A stretch of DNA of 64,000 bases, taken from Hemiscyllium ocellatum. Taxonomy: Eukaryota. This document shows, piece after piece, positions 26,762-37,469 of the stretch. Position numbers and translations under genes: made by a program. Positions within the stretch are counted from its first letter, which is position 1; every line of letters starts with the position of its first letter. The notes under the pieces are model-generated. The model was not told the DNA's origin. It made no database searches and was given only the letters and a program-made list of their open reading frames with translations. The stretch is taken from NCBI RefSeq assembly GCF_020745735.1, contig NC_083405.1:76350345-76414344 (forward strand). Reading direction: 5' to 3'.

Positions 26762-27627
26762 TCAGATTACAACAGGATCTGGACCAGATGGGCCAATGGG
26801 CTGAGAAGTGGCAGATGGAATTTAATTCAGATAAATGCGAGGTGCTGCATTTTGGTAAAGCAAATCTTAGCAGGACTTACACACTTAATAGTAAGATCCT
26901 CGGAAGTGTGGCTGAACAAAGAGACCTTGGAGTACAGGTTCATAGCTCCTTGAAAGTGGAGTTGCAGGTGGACAGGATAGTGAAGGCGGCGTTTGGTATG
27001 CTTTCTTTTATTGGTCAGAGTATCGAGTACAGGAGTTGGGAGGTCATGTTGTGGCTGTACAGGACATTGGTTAGGCCACTGTAGGAATATTGCGTGCAAT
27101 TCTGATCTCCTTCCTATCAGAAAGATGTTGTGAAACTTGTAAGGATTCAGAAAAGATTTACAAGGATGTTGCTAGGCTTAGAGGATCTGGGCTACAGGGA
27201 GAGCTGGACAGGCTGGGGCTGTTTTCCCTGGAGCATTGGAGGCTGAAGGGTGACCTTATAGAGGTTTACAAAATTATGAGGGGCATGGATAGGAAAAATA
27301 GACAAAGTCTTTTCCCTGGGATCGGGGAGTCCAGAACTAGAGGGCATAGGTTTAGGGTGAGAGGGGAAAGATATAAAAGAGACCTAAGGAGCAACTTTTT
27401 CACACAGAGGGTGGTACGTGTATGGGATGAGCTGCCAGAGAATGTGGTGGAGGCTGGTACAATTGCAACATTTAAGAGGCATTTGGATGGATATATGAAT
27501 AGGAAGGGTCTGGAGGGATATGGGCTGGGTGCTGGTAGGTGGGACTAGATTGGGTTGGGATATCTGGTCGGCATGGACAGCTTGGACCGAAGGGTCTGTT
27601 TCCATTCTGTACATCTCTATGACTCTA
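26762..27627 (+). mobile_element. Relatively young HER1-like CR1 3' fragment
   Basis: WAEKWQMEFNSDKCEVLHFG...LYRTLVRPL; FFTQRVVRVWDELPE. Complete tail ...gtacatctctatgactcta. Confidence 0.9.
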
Positions 27628-28139
27628 TGTAACAGTTATTATATGTTTATATATAACAACTAAGCTTTAATCATTATGTACTTAATGTTATACAGTGCTG
27701 CTCTATTGCAGCTTTGTTTTTGTTGGTATTCTGGGCCAGTCAATGTCCGAATGTCAAAAAGCGGTCACACTGGAGAAAAGTTTGGAAAGCATCACATGAG
27801 TATGAGTTTCTTTCCCAAGGTGGAAATGTCAAACATGAGATGGCATAGGTTTAAGGTAAGAATTGAAATTTTTAAAGGAGAGGTGCAAGGTAATTTTTTT
27901 TACCCAGTGGGTGATTGATGTCTAGTGCTGCCGGGGAGCTGGTAGAAGTAGGTACAATAGCAATGTTTCAGAGGCATTTAGACAGACATGAACAGGCAGG
28001 GAATAAAGGGAAATGGGCCATGTTCAGGCAGATAGGATTAGTTTAGAATGGCATCATGGTTGGTAGAGATACAATGGGCTGAATGGCCTGTTCCTCTGCT
28101 GTTCTATGTTCTATGGTCTGTGTACTGTAACCCTGTCAC

Positions 28140-28400
28140 TCAGAGGTAGCATTCTTACTTCTGAATGAGGAGGCTGTATGCTTAAGTCCCACACCAAAGA
28201 CTGCAACATTAAGTTTCCCCTGAAGTATTGTTCTGAAGATGTTCTGCACTGTTAAAGATTCCATTTCTATAATTAAATGTTAGCCTGAGATCTCCCTCTC
28301 CTGCCCCTACTCTCTCAGCTGGACTGAACTGATCTTTTGACACAATTGGAAAGGAAATTGGGGGGCTCGCCCAGTGTCATGGCCAATATTTATCAATATT
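28140..28400 (+). mobile_element. Old DeuSINE-like (SacSINE1/AmnSINE-type) remnant
   Basis: tRNA-like head, ctgcactgtt...gagat and ...cccagtgtcatggccaatatttatc resemble the Deu domain. Judged by eye. Confidence 0.45.
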
Positions 28401-28464
28401 ATTACATGGTTATTTGTGTCAGTGGGCAACTGTGATTCATTATGTGAATTATTGGTCATTATAG

Positions 28465-28760
28465 GAGAGGTGATGCTGTAATGATAATGTCAGTGGACTG
28501 GTATTCCAGAATCCCAGCCTCATGTTTTGGGGATATTGATTCAAAACTCACCATGGCAAATGGTGTAAATGGCATGCAAAATTCTGGAATGAAATAAAAA
28601 TAGTCTAACAACAACCACGCAACCATTGCTACTCGTCATAAAATCCCAGCTAGCCTTCCCTTCAGGGAAGGAAAACGTTCTCCTTACTTGGTTTGGCCTA
28701 CATGTGACTCCAGCCTTACAACAATATGGTTGATTCTTAACCACCCTCTTAGCATCCCAC
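28465..28760 (+). mobile_element. tRNA-derived SINE (same head and body as 37470-37745)
   Basis: ttcaaaactcaccatggcaaatggtg...ccttcagggaaggaaa..tccttacttggtttggcctacatgtgactccag. Confidence 0.65.
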
Positions 28761-28896
28761 ACTGGTCCTTAGGTGTAATGTAATTGCAAATCTCTGAAGA
28801 AATGTCCTCTGACCGACTATATTGTTGATATTTAGGAGTGATATGAAGGAAGGATGTAATAGTGGGCATTGACAACAGAGCTGGAAAAGACATATG

Positions 28897-29037
28897 GTCA
28901 TGCTAAATTGCCCATAGTGTTGGGTGCATTAGTCAGAGGGAAATGGGTCTGGGTGGGTTACTCTTCGGAGGGTCAGTGTGAACTTGTTGGGCCGAAGGGC
29001 CTGTTTCCACACTGTAGAGAATCTAATCTAATCTAAC
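28897..29037 (+). mobile_element. HE1 SINE 3' half
   Basis: catgctaaattgcccatagtg...gggccgaagggcctgtttccacactgta + (aatct)n. Confidence 0.85.
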
Positions 29038-29131
29038 CTAACTGGATTTAAGTCTAACACTCAGGTTAGGGTCAAGCCAGTCAGGAACGCTCTAAAAGAT
29101 TTCAAGCTCTGTCTAAGCAAGCAGATATCAT

Positions 29132-29232
29132 GTTCTGAAGAAGGGTCACTGGACCCAAACCGTTGACTCTGTTTCTCTCTCAACAGATATCCCAGACTTC
29201 TTGAGTTTCTCCAATACTTTGTTTTTTATTGT
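29132..29232 (+). mobile_element. Short Penelope-derived repeat beginning at a degenerate hammerhead motif
   Basis: CTGAAGA-A-GGGTC-act-GGACCC-aaaccgtt at 29135-29164. Confidence 0.6.
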
Positions 29233-30184
29233 TCTTGATATGAAGTGGGATCAAATTGGCATGTACAGTTATTAGTTTTTATTGCTGAAGCTGCAGAGAA
29301 TGACTTTGATCTTGAGACCAATAGATGAAAATAATAAAAGTTCAGCTGTGGAGTCTGTGCCAGCTTAAATTTGTCTCCCTCCCCAAACACCATTATTTAC
29401 AAGAACAATAAAGATCAGTAGAATACAAAGAAGCTGTCTTAAACAAAAATGTTGTATTAATTATTTGATGTATTACATACATACAAATTGATATGTTTGA
29501 TTCAGTTTTAGGATACCATAATGTCATATGATTCTATGGTAGACATTCACTTAGTTTAATGTTTTTTTTAAAATTCTACCTTTAAATAATTAGCACACCG
29601 AGATTAAAGTCATACATAGTTATAGATGTTAAAAATATTCTTGAAATTTGAAGTCAAGTTAAGACCCTCCATCATACCAAAGTAAATTACAGCACCATTA
29701 CTCAATTTGAATACTCAATAATCCTATGTTTTACTTAATCAAATAGTTAAAACCTTTAAATATAACTCGTTTCCTTAAGATATATATACTTTTTAAATCT
29801 GGAAATATATTCCCTAAATAGGAACAAACATATCTGCACTAAATTTCTCACATTTTATATTTGCAATTTGCTAAATATTAGCTTTCTTTTTACTGGTCCA
29901 GCAAATTAAGATATTCATTTAGAGTATACCCAGTTTTGATTGCAGACTTCAAGTCATGAGTTGCGTGAAGACTTGAAGCTGTAGGCCAATGTCATTTTGA
30001 AATAAATATTAAATATCTGTGACAAATTTCTTCAGCAAGATGGCTTATTAAAATTACATTGTAATTATATAAAATTCCTCATAGCATTATAATGGTTATA
30101 CGGTTATACTATCAATGCCTAAAATCTAATGATCAAATAACTCACTTCAGCACAATAAAAATGGAACTTAAAATCATATATGTT

Positions 30185-30728
30185 TTTATTTCTATGAAGT
30201 ACAATTTCCCAACTACATTATGCTGGAATATCATGTAAACAGAAAGGTGTGCTTCATTTTGTAATAGAAGTTAAGAGAAAAAAAATGCAGTATTAGTTAC
30301 AGGTATTAGTCTAAACATTGTATAAGATTATTTTCTGGTTGTAGTTAATGGCAGTGTTTTACAGTTATTTATATAATTTTACAATGGAATTATAACATCT
30401 TTACTACTTCCCATATTGACTCTGGTCTATCGTCCAGCAATCTAAACCTACTTTCCTCTTTGGCAAGACAAAAGATTATTGCCAACCTCTCTGCTTCAGA
30501 AACTTTCATGATCACAACCTTAGTAGCAGTATAAAGTTAATTTATTCTTGTGGTCCATCCCAAGTTCAGCAAATTCAGAATCAACAGTAATCACATTTTC
30601 TTTAAAGAATATAAGCATCCAATCTTGCCAAAATTTCACCTTGCAAATTGGTACGCAAAATGATGTCACTAACATATGTCTTCCAGTTAGCCTGGCTTAC
30701 TCTGCTTTGGTTTTGCCATTTATTCCAG
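30185..30728 (-). promoter_or_regulatory. HACL1: HACL1 3' UTR with candidate poly(A) signals
   Basis: AT-rich, repeat-free sequence after the stop codon. Minus-strand AATAAA at 30719-30724, 30541-30546 and 30185-30190. The true 3' end is unknown. Confidence 0.6.
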
Positions 30729-30761
30729 TCACATATTGGAACGAGTCAGCCAAGTAAAATC
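30729..30761 (-). CDS. HACL1: HACL1 last coding exon (DFTWLTRSNM*), non-canonical PTS1 SNM
   Basis: tttcag|GAT TTT ACT TGG CTG ACT CGT TCC AAT ATG TGA. Matches the mammalian HACL1 C-terminus DFHWLTRSNM. In frame with the preceding exon. Confidence 0.95.
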   Translation of the reverse strand, partial: DFTWLTRSNM

Positions 30762-32662
30762 CTGAAAGCAAACACCATAACAGCATATAGTGAAAAGGTA
30801 GTAAAAAGTTATTTGGCTACTAACTCTACAAAATCAAGTAATGCTATTAATATCATTTCTCAACACATTGATTGATGATTTAATCCTCAATAATGTTTAA
30901 TAGATTTGGGAAAGAAAATGTCAGCATTGCTTCTACACACACTCAAAATGTTCTGCAGTTGAACATGATTTCCAATAATTAGTTAGAGCTAAGAGGTGAA
31001 TTGGAACTGTAGTAGTTTTTCCCCACTTGCACTTCTACATGCAGAAGAAATTACATCACATCTGAATTGGCAAAAACACCAACAACCTGTCAATCTTTTC
31101 TTGATATATATATATAAAATCATGTATTTCAGATACAGTCTGCATCTTCTCCAGTGCCTCTCTATTCTATTTATAAAATGGTAACGAAACTTGCACTTAA
31201 GTGCGGTCTCATCAATGTTTAGCATACTTTGTATACTTGTACTTTTAACTAACTGAAGAGTCGTTTGTGCCTCTACTCCAACAGGACTTGCATTTTCCAA
31301 GTTGTAACTGACCTCCCTATTCTTCCTCTCAAAATGTACTAACCCTCATTTATCTGCATTTAAGTTCGTTTGCCAAACATTTGCTCATTTGGGAAGTTTA
31401 TTAATGTCCTCCCATAATTTATTGCAGTCCTTCTCATTATTGTTAATCCTCTCCATTTACATAATTTGTAAATTGTAAGCTTGATTACAAAGTCCAAATC
31501 ATTATTGGGAACAGCAGTGGTTGTAACACTGATCCTTGCTGAATACTGCTTTCAACCTTTTGTCACTTAGAAAATCTACACTTTATTTCCATGCTCTGCC
31601 TTCTATCCTGAAGTTGGTTGGTAATCCATTCTGCCTGCTTATCCCTTACTCCACATTCCCTGGCCTTACAACAGCAAGAGCATTACTATTCATATTTAAT
31701 TATTTGTCAGAAATAAGCAGTAGTGCCAGAGAATTGGTCAATAGTTACGATAATCCCAATACTTGAAAAGGGAAACAGAAAATATAACAGCAAATGTCGA
31801 CAAGCCAGTTTAAGATCAGTGGTCTAAAAAAAATAAATAGAACTGTTACTAAAGCTGACAGTAAAAATACCCAGAAGTATCATAATGAAGAGTCAGCATT
31901 GATATCAAAAGGGAAAATTTTGCTTGACCACAATTATAGAATTTTTTGAGGAAATAAGAAACAGATAAATATTAATCATGCAACAAATGTAGTTTATCTG
32001 GATTTACAAAGGCATCAATGCCATTGTTATCTCTTCCCTAGATTCTTTCACTATACACAGCTACAAGCCATCCAGACCAGGAGTTTTATCCTCTTTGAAT
32101 TTGTTTAGTTTATTCAGTATATCCTTTTAGTTTGAATTGGATGTAACTCACTTTTCCACTGATTATTGAATGTCATGATCACATGTTCTATCTCACTGGC
32201 AAATACATTATCATCTCCAAAATCCTCTCCTCTTTGGATTCCTCAACAACATTTGCCAACTGAAACTGAGATGACAGACAAGAGAGCGCCAATTCTTGGG
32301 TTTCTGGCAATGCTGTTCTTCCAAAGCATGACTGACTGACCTTTCCTCTCCATAGGAAAGCAGCTGACCCCTATCACACATCCTCTACTGGCGGGAGCTG
32401 GGCGGAAGTGAAGGCAGAGCGCAAAGCCGGTCGGGAAGGTAAGTGATTGTTCTTTGAGTGGGTGTGTTCTATGCCCCAGGTCCCACAAAGTAGGGCCTCC
32501 CTCCCTCCCTCCTCCTCTAACCTAAATTAAAAGTTCACAGACTTGCCCTAAAAAGAGGGTCCACGGAAGTTCCTGTGGATTTAAGAGTGAGGCTTTATCT
32601 CAGGAGTCTTTGACAAGGAGGTTGAGTGAAGTGATTACGCCACAGTTGAAGAGGGTGAAGAC

Positions 32663-33590
32663 ATGACTGCCCAGCTGGTTCAGTGTGCTACGTGCTTAAT
32701 GTGGGAGGTCAATGACTCTGGTGTGTCTGGCTCGTATAAGTGTGGAAAGTGTGTGCACGTTCAGCTACTGACAGTATATATCGCAGCACTGATGAAAGAA
32801 CTCAAGGACCTTAGGCTCATCCGAGAGAACGAGATCTTTCTGGATAAGACCTTCAGCGAGGTTATTACATCAATCGTACCAGAAGAGAGCAGAAGAGAGC
32901 AGACGATGAGGAAGACAGAGCGGAGACAGGTGCAAGAGACCCCGGGGGAAGTACCTGTCAGGAACAAGTTGAAGCTTTTCGAAACAGTAGTGACAGATGA
33001 CACTGCCAGTCCGTGAGGTGGCCAGGTCTGTCAATCAAAAGTTGGCGTGGAGACAGAGCGGAAGAGTCGGACATCACACAGAGCCGTGGTAATAGGGGAC
33101 TCCATAGTGAGAGGAACTGACCGGGGCTTTTGTGGCAGCAGACGGGACTTAAGGATGGTGTGTTGCCTTCCTGGTGCCAGGGTTAAAGACATCACAGACA
33201 TAGTGCAGGAAATCCTCAAGGACGAAGGTGAAGAGCCAGAGGTGGTGGTACGTGTCGGCACAAATGATGTCGGGAAGAAGAGGTCGTTCATACTACAGTG
33301 GAACTTTGGAGAACTAGGAAGAAGGCTGAAAAGCAGGACGTCCAAGGTGGTTATCTCCGGTTTGCTTCCAGTTCCTCAGGCTGGTGAGGCCAGAAACAGG
33401 GAGATAATGGACTTGAACGTGTGGCTGGGGAACTGGTGCAGGAAGCAAGGATTTAAATTCTTAGATCACTAGGGTATGTTTTGTGATAAGCATAAATTAT
33501 ACGAGAGACGGTTTGCACCTTAATAGGTTAGGGACCAGCATTCTGGCAGGCAGGTTTGCTACTGCAACACAGTTAAGTTTAAACTAAGTA
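32663..33590 (+). pseudogene. LINE ORF1: zinc-knuckle + coiled coil + SGNH/GDSL esterase, disrupted
   Basis: ORFs 32663-33016 and 33047-33472 are in the same frame, separated by a single TGA. Motifs CATC..CGKC, VVIGDSIVRG, VGTND, and after a frameshift DGLHLN. Confidence 0.85.
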
Positions 33591-33598
33591 GCGGGGGG

Positions 33599-36469
33599 AT
33601 GGGACAAACTGGATGTTTAAGAAGGAATTTGGAGGGAAAGTTAGAACAAGGGAAGTCAAGAAAGACAACTGTATCAATGAGGCAGAAAACTCAAAGGGAT
33701 CATGCTGTAAGGTTGAGTGAAATAGGAGTTGATGGGAAGGATGAGAGCAGTAACAAATTAAAAATACTATACATGAATGCACGAAGCATTAGAAATAAGA
33801 TGGATGAGCTTGAGGCTCTTTTGGAAATTGGCAGATACAATATTGTGGGGATAACTGAGATGTGGCTTCAAGTGGACAGGGCCTGGGAAATGAATATTCA
33901 AGGCTATACGTGCTATCATAAGGACAGACTGACTGGCAGAGGGGGTGGGGTGGCCTTGTTGGTAAGGGATGATATTCAGTTCCTTGGGGGGGGGACTAGA
34001 ATCAGGGGATGTAGAGTCAGTGTGGATAGAGCAGAGAAATACTAAGGGTAAAAAGATCCTCTTGGGAGTTATCTACAGGCCCCCAAACAGTAGTCTGGAT
34101 GTCGGATGTAAGTTAAATCAGGAGCTGAAATTGGCCTGTCGCAAAGATGTTACTACAGTTGTTATGGGGGATTTCACCATGCAGGTAGACTGGGAGAATC
34201 AGGATTGTATTGGACCTCAAGAAAGAGACTTTGTGGAGTGCCTCAGGGATGGATTCTTAGAACAGCTGGTGCTGGAGCTGACATGGGAGAAGGCAATTCT
34301 GGATCTGGTATTGTGCAATGAACCAAAATTGGTCAGGGATCTCGAAGTGAAGGAGCCATTGGGAAGTAGTGACCATAATACAATAAGTTTCAATCTGTAA
34401 TTTGAGAGGGAGAGGGTATAATCGGAAGTGACAATATTTCTGTTGAATAAAGGGAACTATGGAGCTATGAGGGAGGAGCTGACCAAAGTTCAATGGCAAT
34501 ACCTTAGCAGGGATGACAGTGGAGGAACAATGGCAGATATTTCCGTGTATAATGCAGAAGTTGCAGGATCAGTTCATTCCAAAAAGGAAGAAAGATCCTA
34601 GGAGGAGGCATGGGTGGCCGTGGCTGATGAGGGAAGTTAAGAAACATATAAAGTTAAAAGAGAAAAAGTATAACATAGCAAAGATAAGTGAGAAAAAGGG
34701 GGACTGGGAAGCTTTGAAAGAACAACAGAGAGTTACTAAGAAGGAAATACGCAGAGAAAAAATGAGGTACGAAGGTAAACTGGCCAATAATATAAAGGAG
34801 GATAGTAAAAGTTTTTTTAGGTAAATGAAAAGCAAAAAACAGAAACAGGGGAATATATTACGGGGAACAATGAAATGGCAGAAGAATTGAATTGGTACTT
34901 CAGATCTGTGTTCACTGGAGAAGACACAAGCAATCTCCCTGAGGTAACAGTGGCTTAAGGACCTGAACTTAAGGGAATTTATATTTGCCAGGAATTGGTG
35001 TTGGAGAGACTGTTAGGTCTGAAGGTTGATTAGTCCCCGGGGCCTGATGGTCTACTTCCCAGGGTACTGAAGGAGGTGGCTCAGGAAATCGTGGATGCGT
35101 TGGTGATTATTTTCCAGAGTTCGATAGATTCGGGATCAGTTCCTGCAGATTGGAGGGTGGCTAATGTTGTACCACTTTTTAAGAAAGGTGGGAGAGAGAA
35201 AGCAAGAAATTATAGATCAGTTAGTCTGACCTCAGTGGTGGGAAAGATGCTGGAGTCTATTATAAAGGATGAAATTATGACATCTGGATAGTAGTAACAG
35301 GATAGGACAGAGTTAGCATGGATTTATGAAGGGGACATCATGCTTGACTAATCTTCTGGAATTTTTTGAGGATGTAACACTGAAGATGGACGAGGGAGAT
35401 CCAGTAGATGTAGTGTACCTGGACTTTCAGAAAGCTTTTGGTAAAGTCCCACATAGGAGGTTAGTGAGCAAAATTAGGGCGCATAGTATTGGGGGCAAAG
35501 TACTAACTTGGATTGACAGTTAGTTGGCTGAAACAAAGAATAGTGATAAACAGCTCCATTTCGGAATGGCAGGCAGTGACCAGTGGGGTACCGCAGGGAT
35601 CAGTACTGGGACTGCAGCTTTTTACAAGCTATATTAATGATATAGAAGATGGTATTAGTAACAACGTTAGCAAATTTGCTGATGATACTAAGCTGGATGG
35701 CAGGGTGAAATGTGATGAGGATGTTAGGAGATTACAGGGTAACCTGGACAAGTTAGGTGAGTGGTCAGATGCATGGCAGATGCAGTTTAATGTGGATAAA
35801 TATATGGTTATCCACTTTGGTGGCAAGAACAGGAAGGCAGATTACTACCTAAATGGAATCAATTCAGGTAAAGGGGGAGTACAGAGAGATCTGGGTGTTC
35901 TTGTACACCAGTCAATGAAGGTAAGCATGCAGGTACAGCAGGTAGTGAAGAAGGGTCATAACATGCTGGCTTTCATAACAAGAAGCAAAGAGGTTCTTCT
36001 GCAGCTGTACAGGGCCCTGGTGAGACCACACCTGGAGTACTGTGTGCAGTTCTGGTCATTTTGGCTATTGAGGGAGTGCAGCGTAGGTTCACGAGGTCAA
36101 TTCCTGGAATGGCAGGATTACCTTACACTGAAAGACTGGAGCGACTGGGCTTGTATTAGAAGACTAAGAGGGGATCTGATTGAGACATATAAGATTATTA
36201 AAGGATTAGACACTCTGGAGGCAGGAAACATGTTTCTGCTGATGGGTGAGTGCCGAACCAGAGGACACAGCTTAAAAATACAGGGTAGACCATTTAGGAC
36301 AGAGATGAGGAGAAACTTCTTCACCCAGAGAGTGGTGGCTGTGTGGAATGCTCTGCCCCAGAGGGCAGTGGAGGCCCAGTCTCTGGATTCATTTAAGAAA
36401 GAGTTGGATAGAGCTCTCAAGGATTGTGGAATCAAGGCTTATGGGGATAAGGCAGGAACAGGATACTGA
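33599..36469 (+). pseudogene. LINE ORF2 (APE endonuclease + reverse transcriptase), disrupted
   Basis: Consecutive ORF pieces at 33599, 33969, 34513, 35076, 35326 and 35513 carry EN then RT motifs in the expected order. Confidence 0.9.
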
Positions 36470-36941
36470 TTAAGGATAATCAGCCATGATCATATTGAAT
36501 GGTGGTGCAGGCTCAAAGGGCAGAATGGCCTACTCCTGCATCTACTGTCTATTGTCTCTCCAGGTAGCTGGCTGAAAGTTAAAAACTGTCTGTGTGGGTA
36601 GTCTTGTAAAAATCTTGAATGCAACAATTCTATTGGCACTATCTTGATGTGTTGCTGGAACATCACTACCAAACACAAATTTAATTTAAAAGATTCATGA
36701 TAAAGAGTATAATCATCACCACAGGAGGTCACTCTAAATACTATACACTCTACAAAATACACAATCATCTAAACATACATAGCAATTTAATGTGATTAAC
36801 TATAGATATGTTCATTCACATATGAGAATCTTTCAACTTTCTCCAACCTCAAAATATCAATGGCTGCTTCAAATGCTTAAGAATTAGTGGACTTCAAAAT
36901 TATTACACGTATACAAAACTTATTCCTTCAAATACACTTAC

Positions 36942-37128
36942 TTGTTTCTTTCTATCAGATGATGGGTCAATCATCACATTAATAAGTGATGGTAGTTTCT
37001 GGTCTGCTAAACATGCAGTAAGTGCCTTTTGCAGCTCCTCTGGTGTTTGTACAAAGTAGCCTTTTCCACCAAATGCAGTCATGACCTGCTCATAGTGAGC
37101 ATTAGGTGAGAGAGAGATGGGTGGAGCT
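36942..37128 (-). CDS. HACL1: HACL1 penultimate coding exon, 187 bp, phase 2-0
   Basis: tttcag|A GCT...CAA|gtaagt. Translates [62 protein letters not shown]. Confidence 0.96.
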
Positions 37129-37469
37129 CTGAAAGAATTGAAAGAAAGTTTACATAAATTTATATTTTAATTATTTATTGAAGGAAAAAGCCATTCCTTC
37201 ATTTATTTTTGTTTAAATGAGAGCCAAATTACACAATTAATCATGGTTTCAAAATTCAGCCAATTAATGAAATGCTATCCATTATTATATAAAAATATTC
37301 TTAAGACAATTGTTCCATCTGTAACATTGGCAATGTTTAGATAACGTCATTATTGGAAATCATGTTTGACAATACCAATGTTAACTGCTGCCTCAGTCAT
37401 GTACAGTAACAAGTAAGATCAAAAGTTGCTATAAATTAAAAGCACATAATTCTCTGCAAGTTGAAAGAA

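Larger units (their letters stand above)
32385..36556 (+). mobile_element. Near full-length CR1-group LINE in HACL1 last intron (antisense to gene), inactivated
   Basis: 5'UTR, ORF1 and ORF2 with APE motifs (MNARSIRNK, YRPP, GDF, SDH) and RT motifs (YLDFQKAF, GVPQGSVLG, FADD). CR1-type 3' end (FFTQRVV..WNALP; tail ...cctactcctgcatctactgtctattgtct). Multiple stops and frameshifts. Confidence 0.93.

Noticed and set aside
1-30000. COLQ exons expected downstream of HACL1 from human synteny
   Set aside because: No signal-peptide exon, PRAD (CC..PPPPP) or Gly-X-Y coding segment found on either strand.
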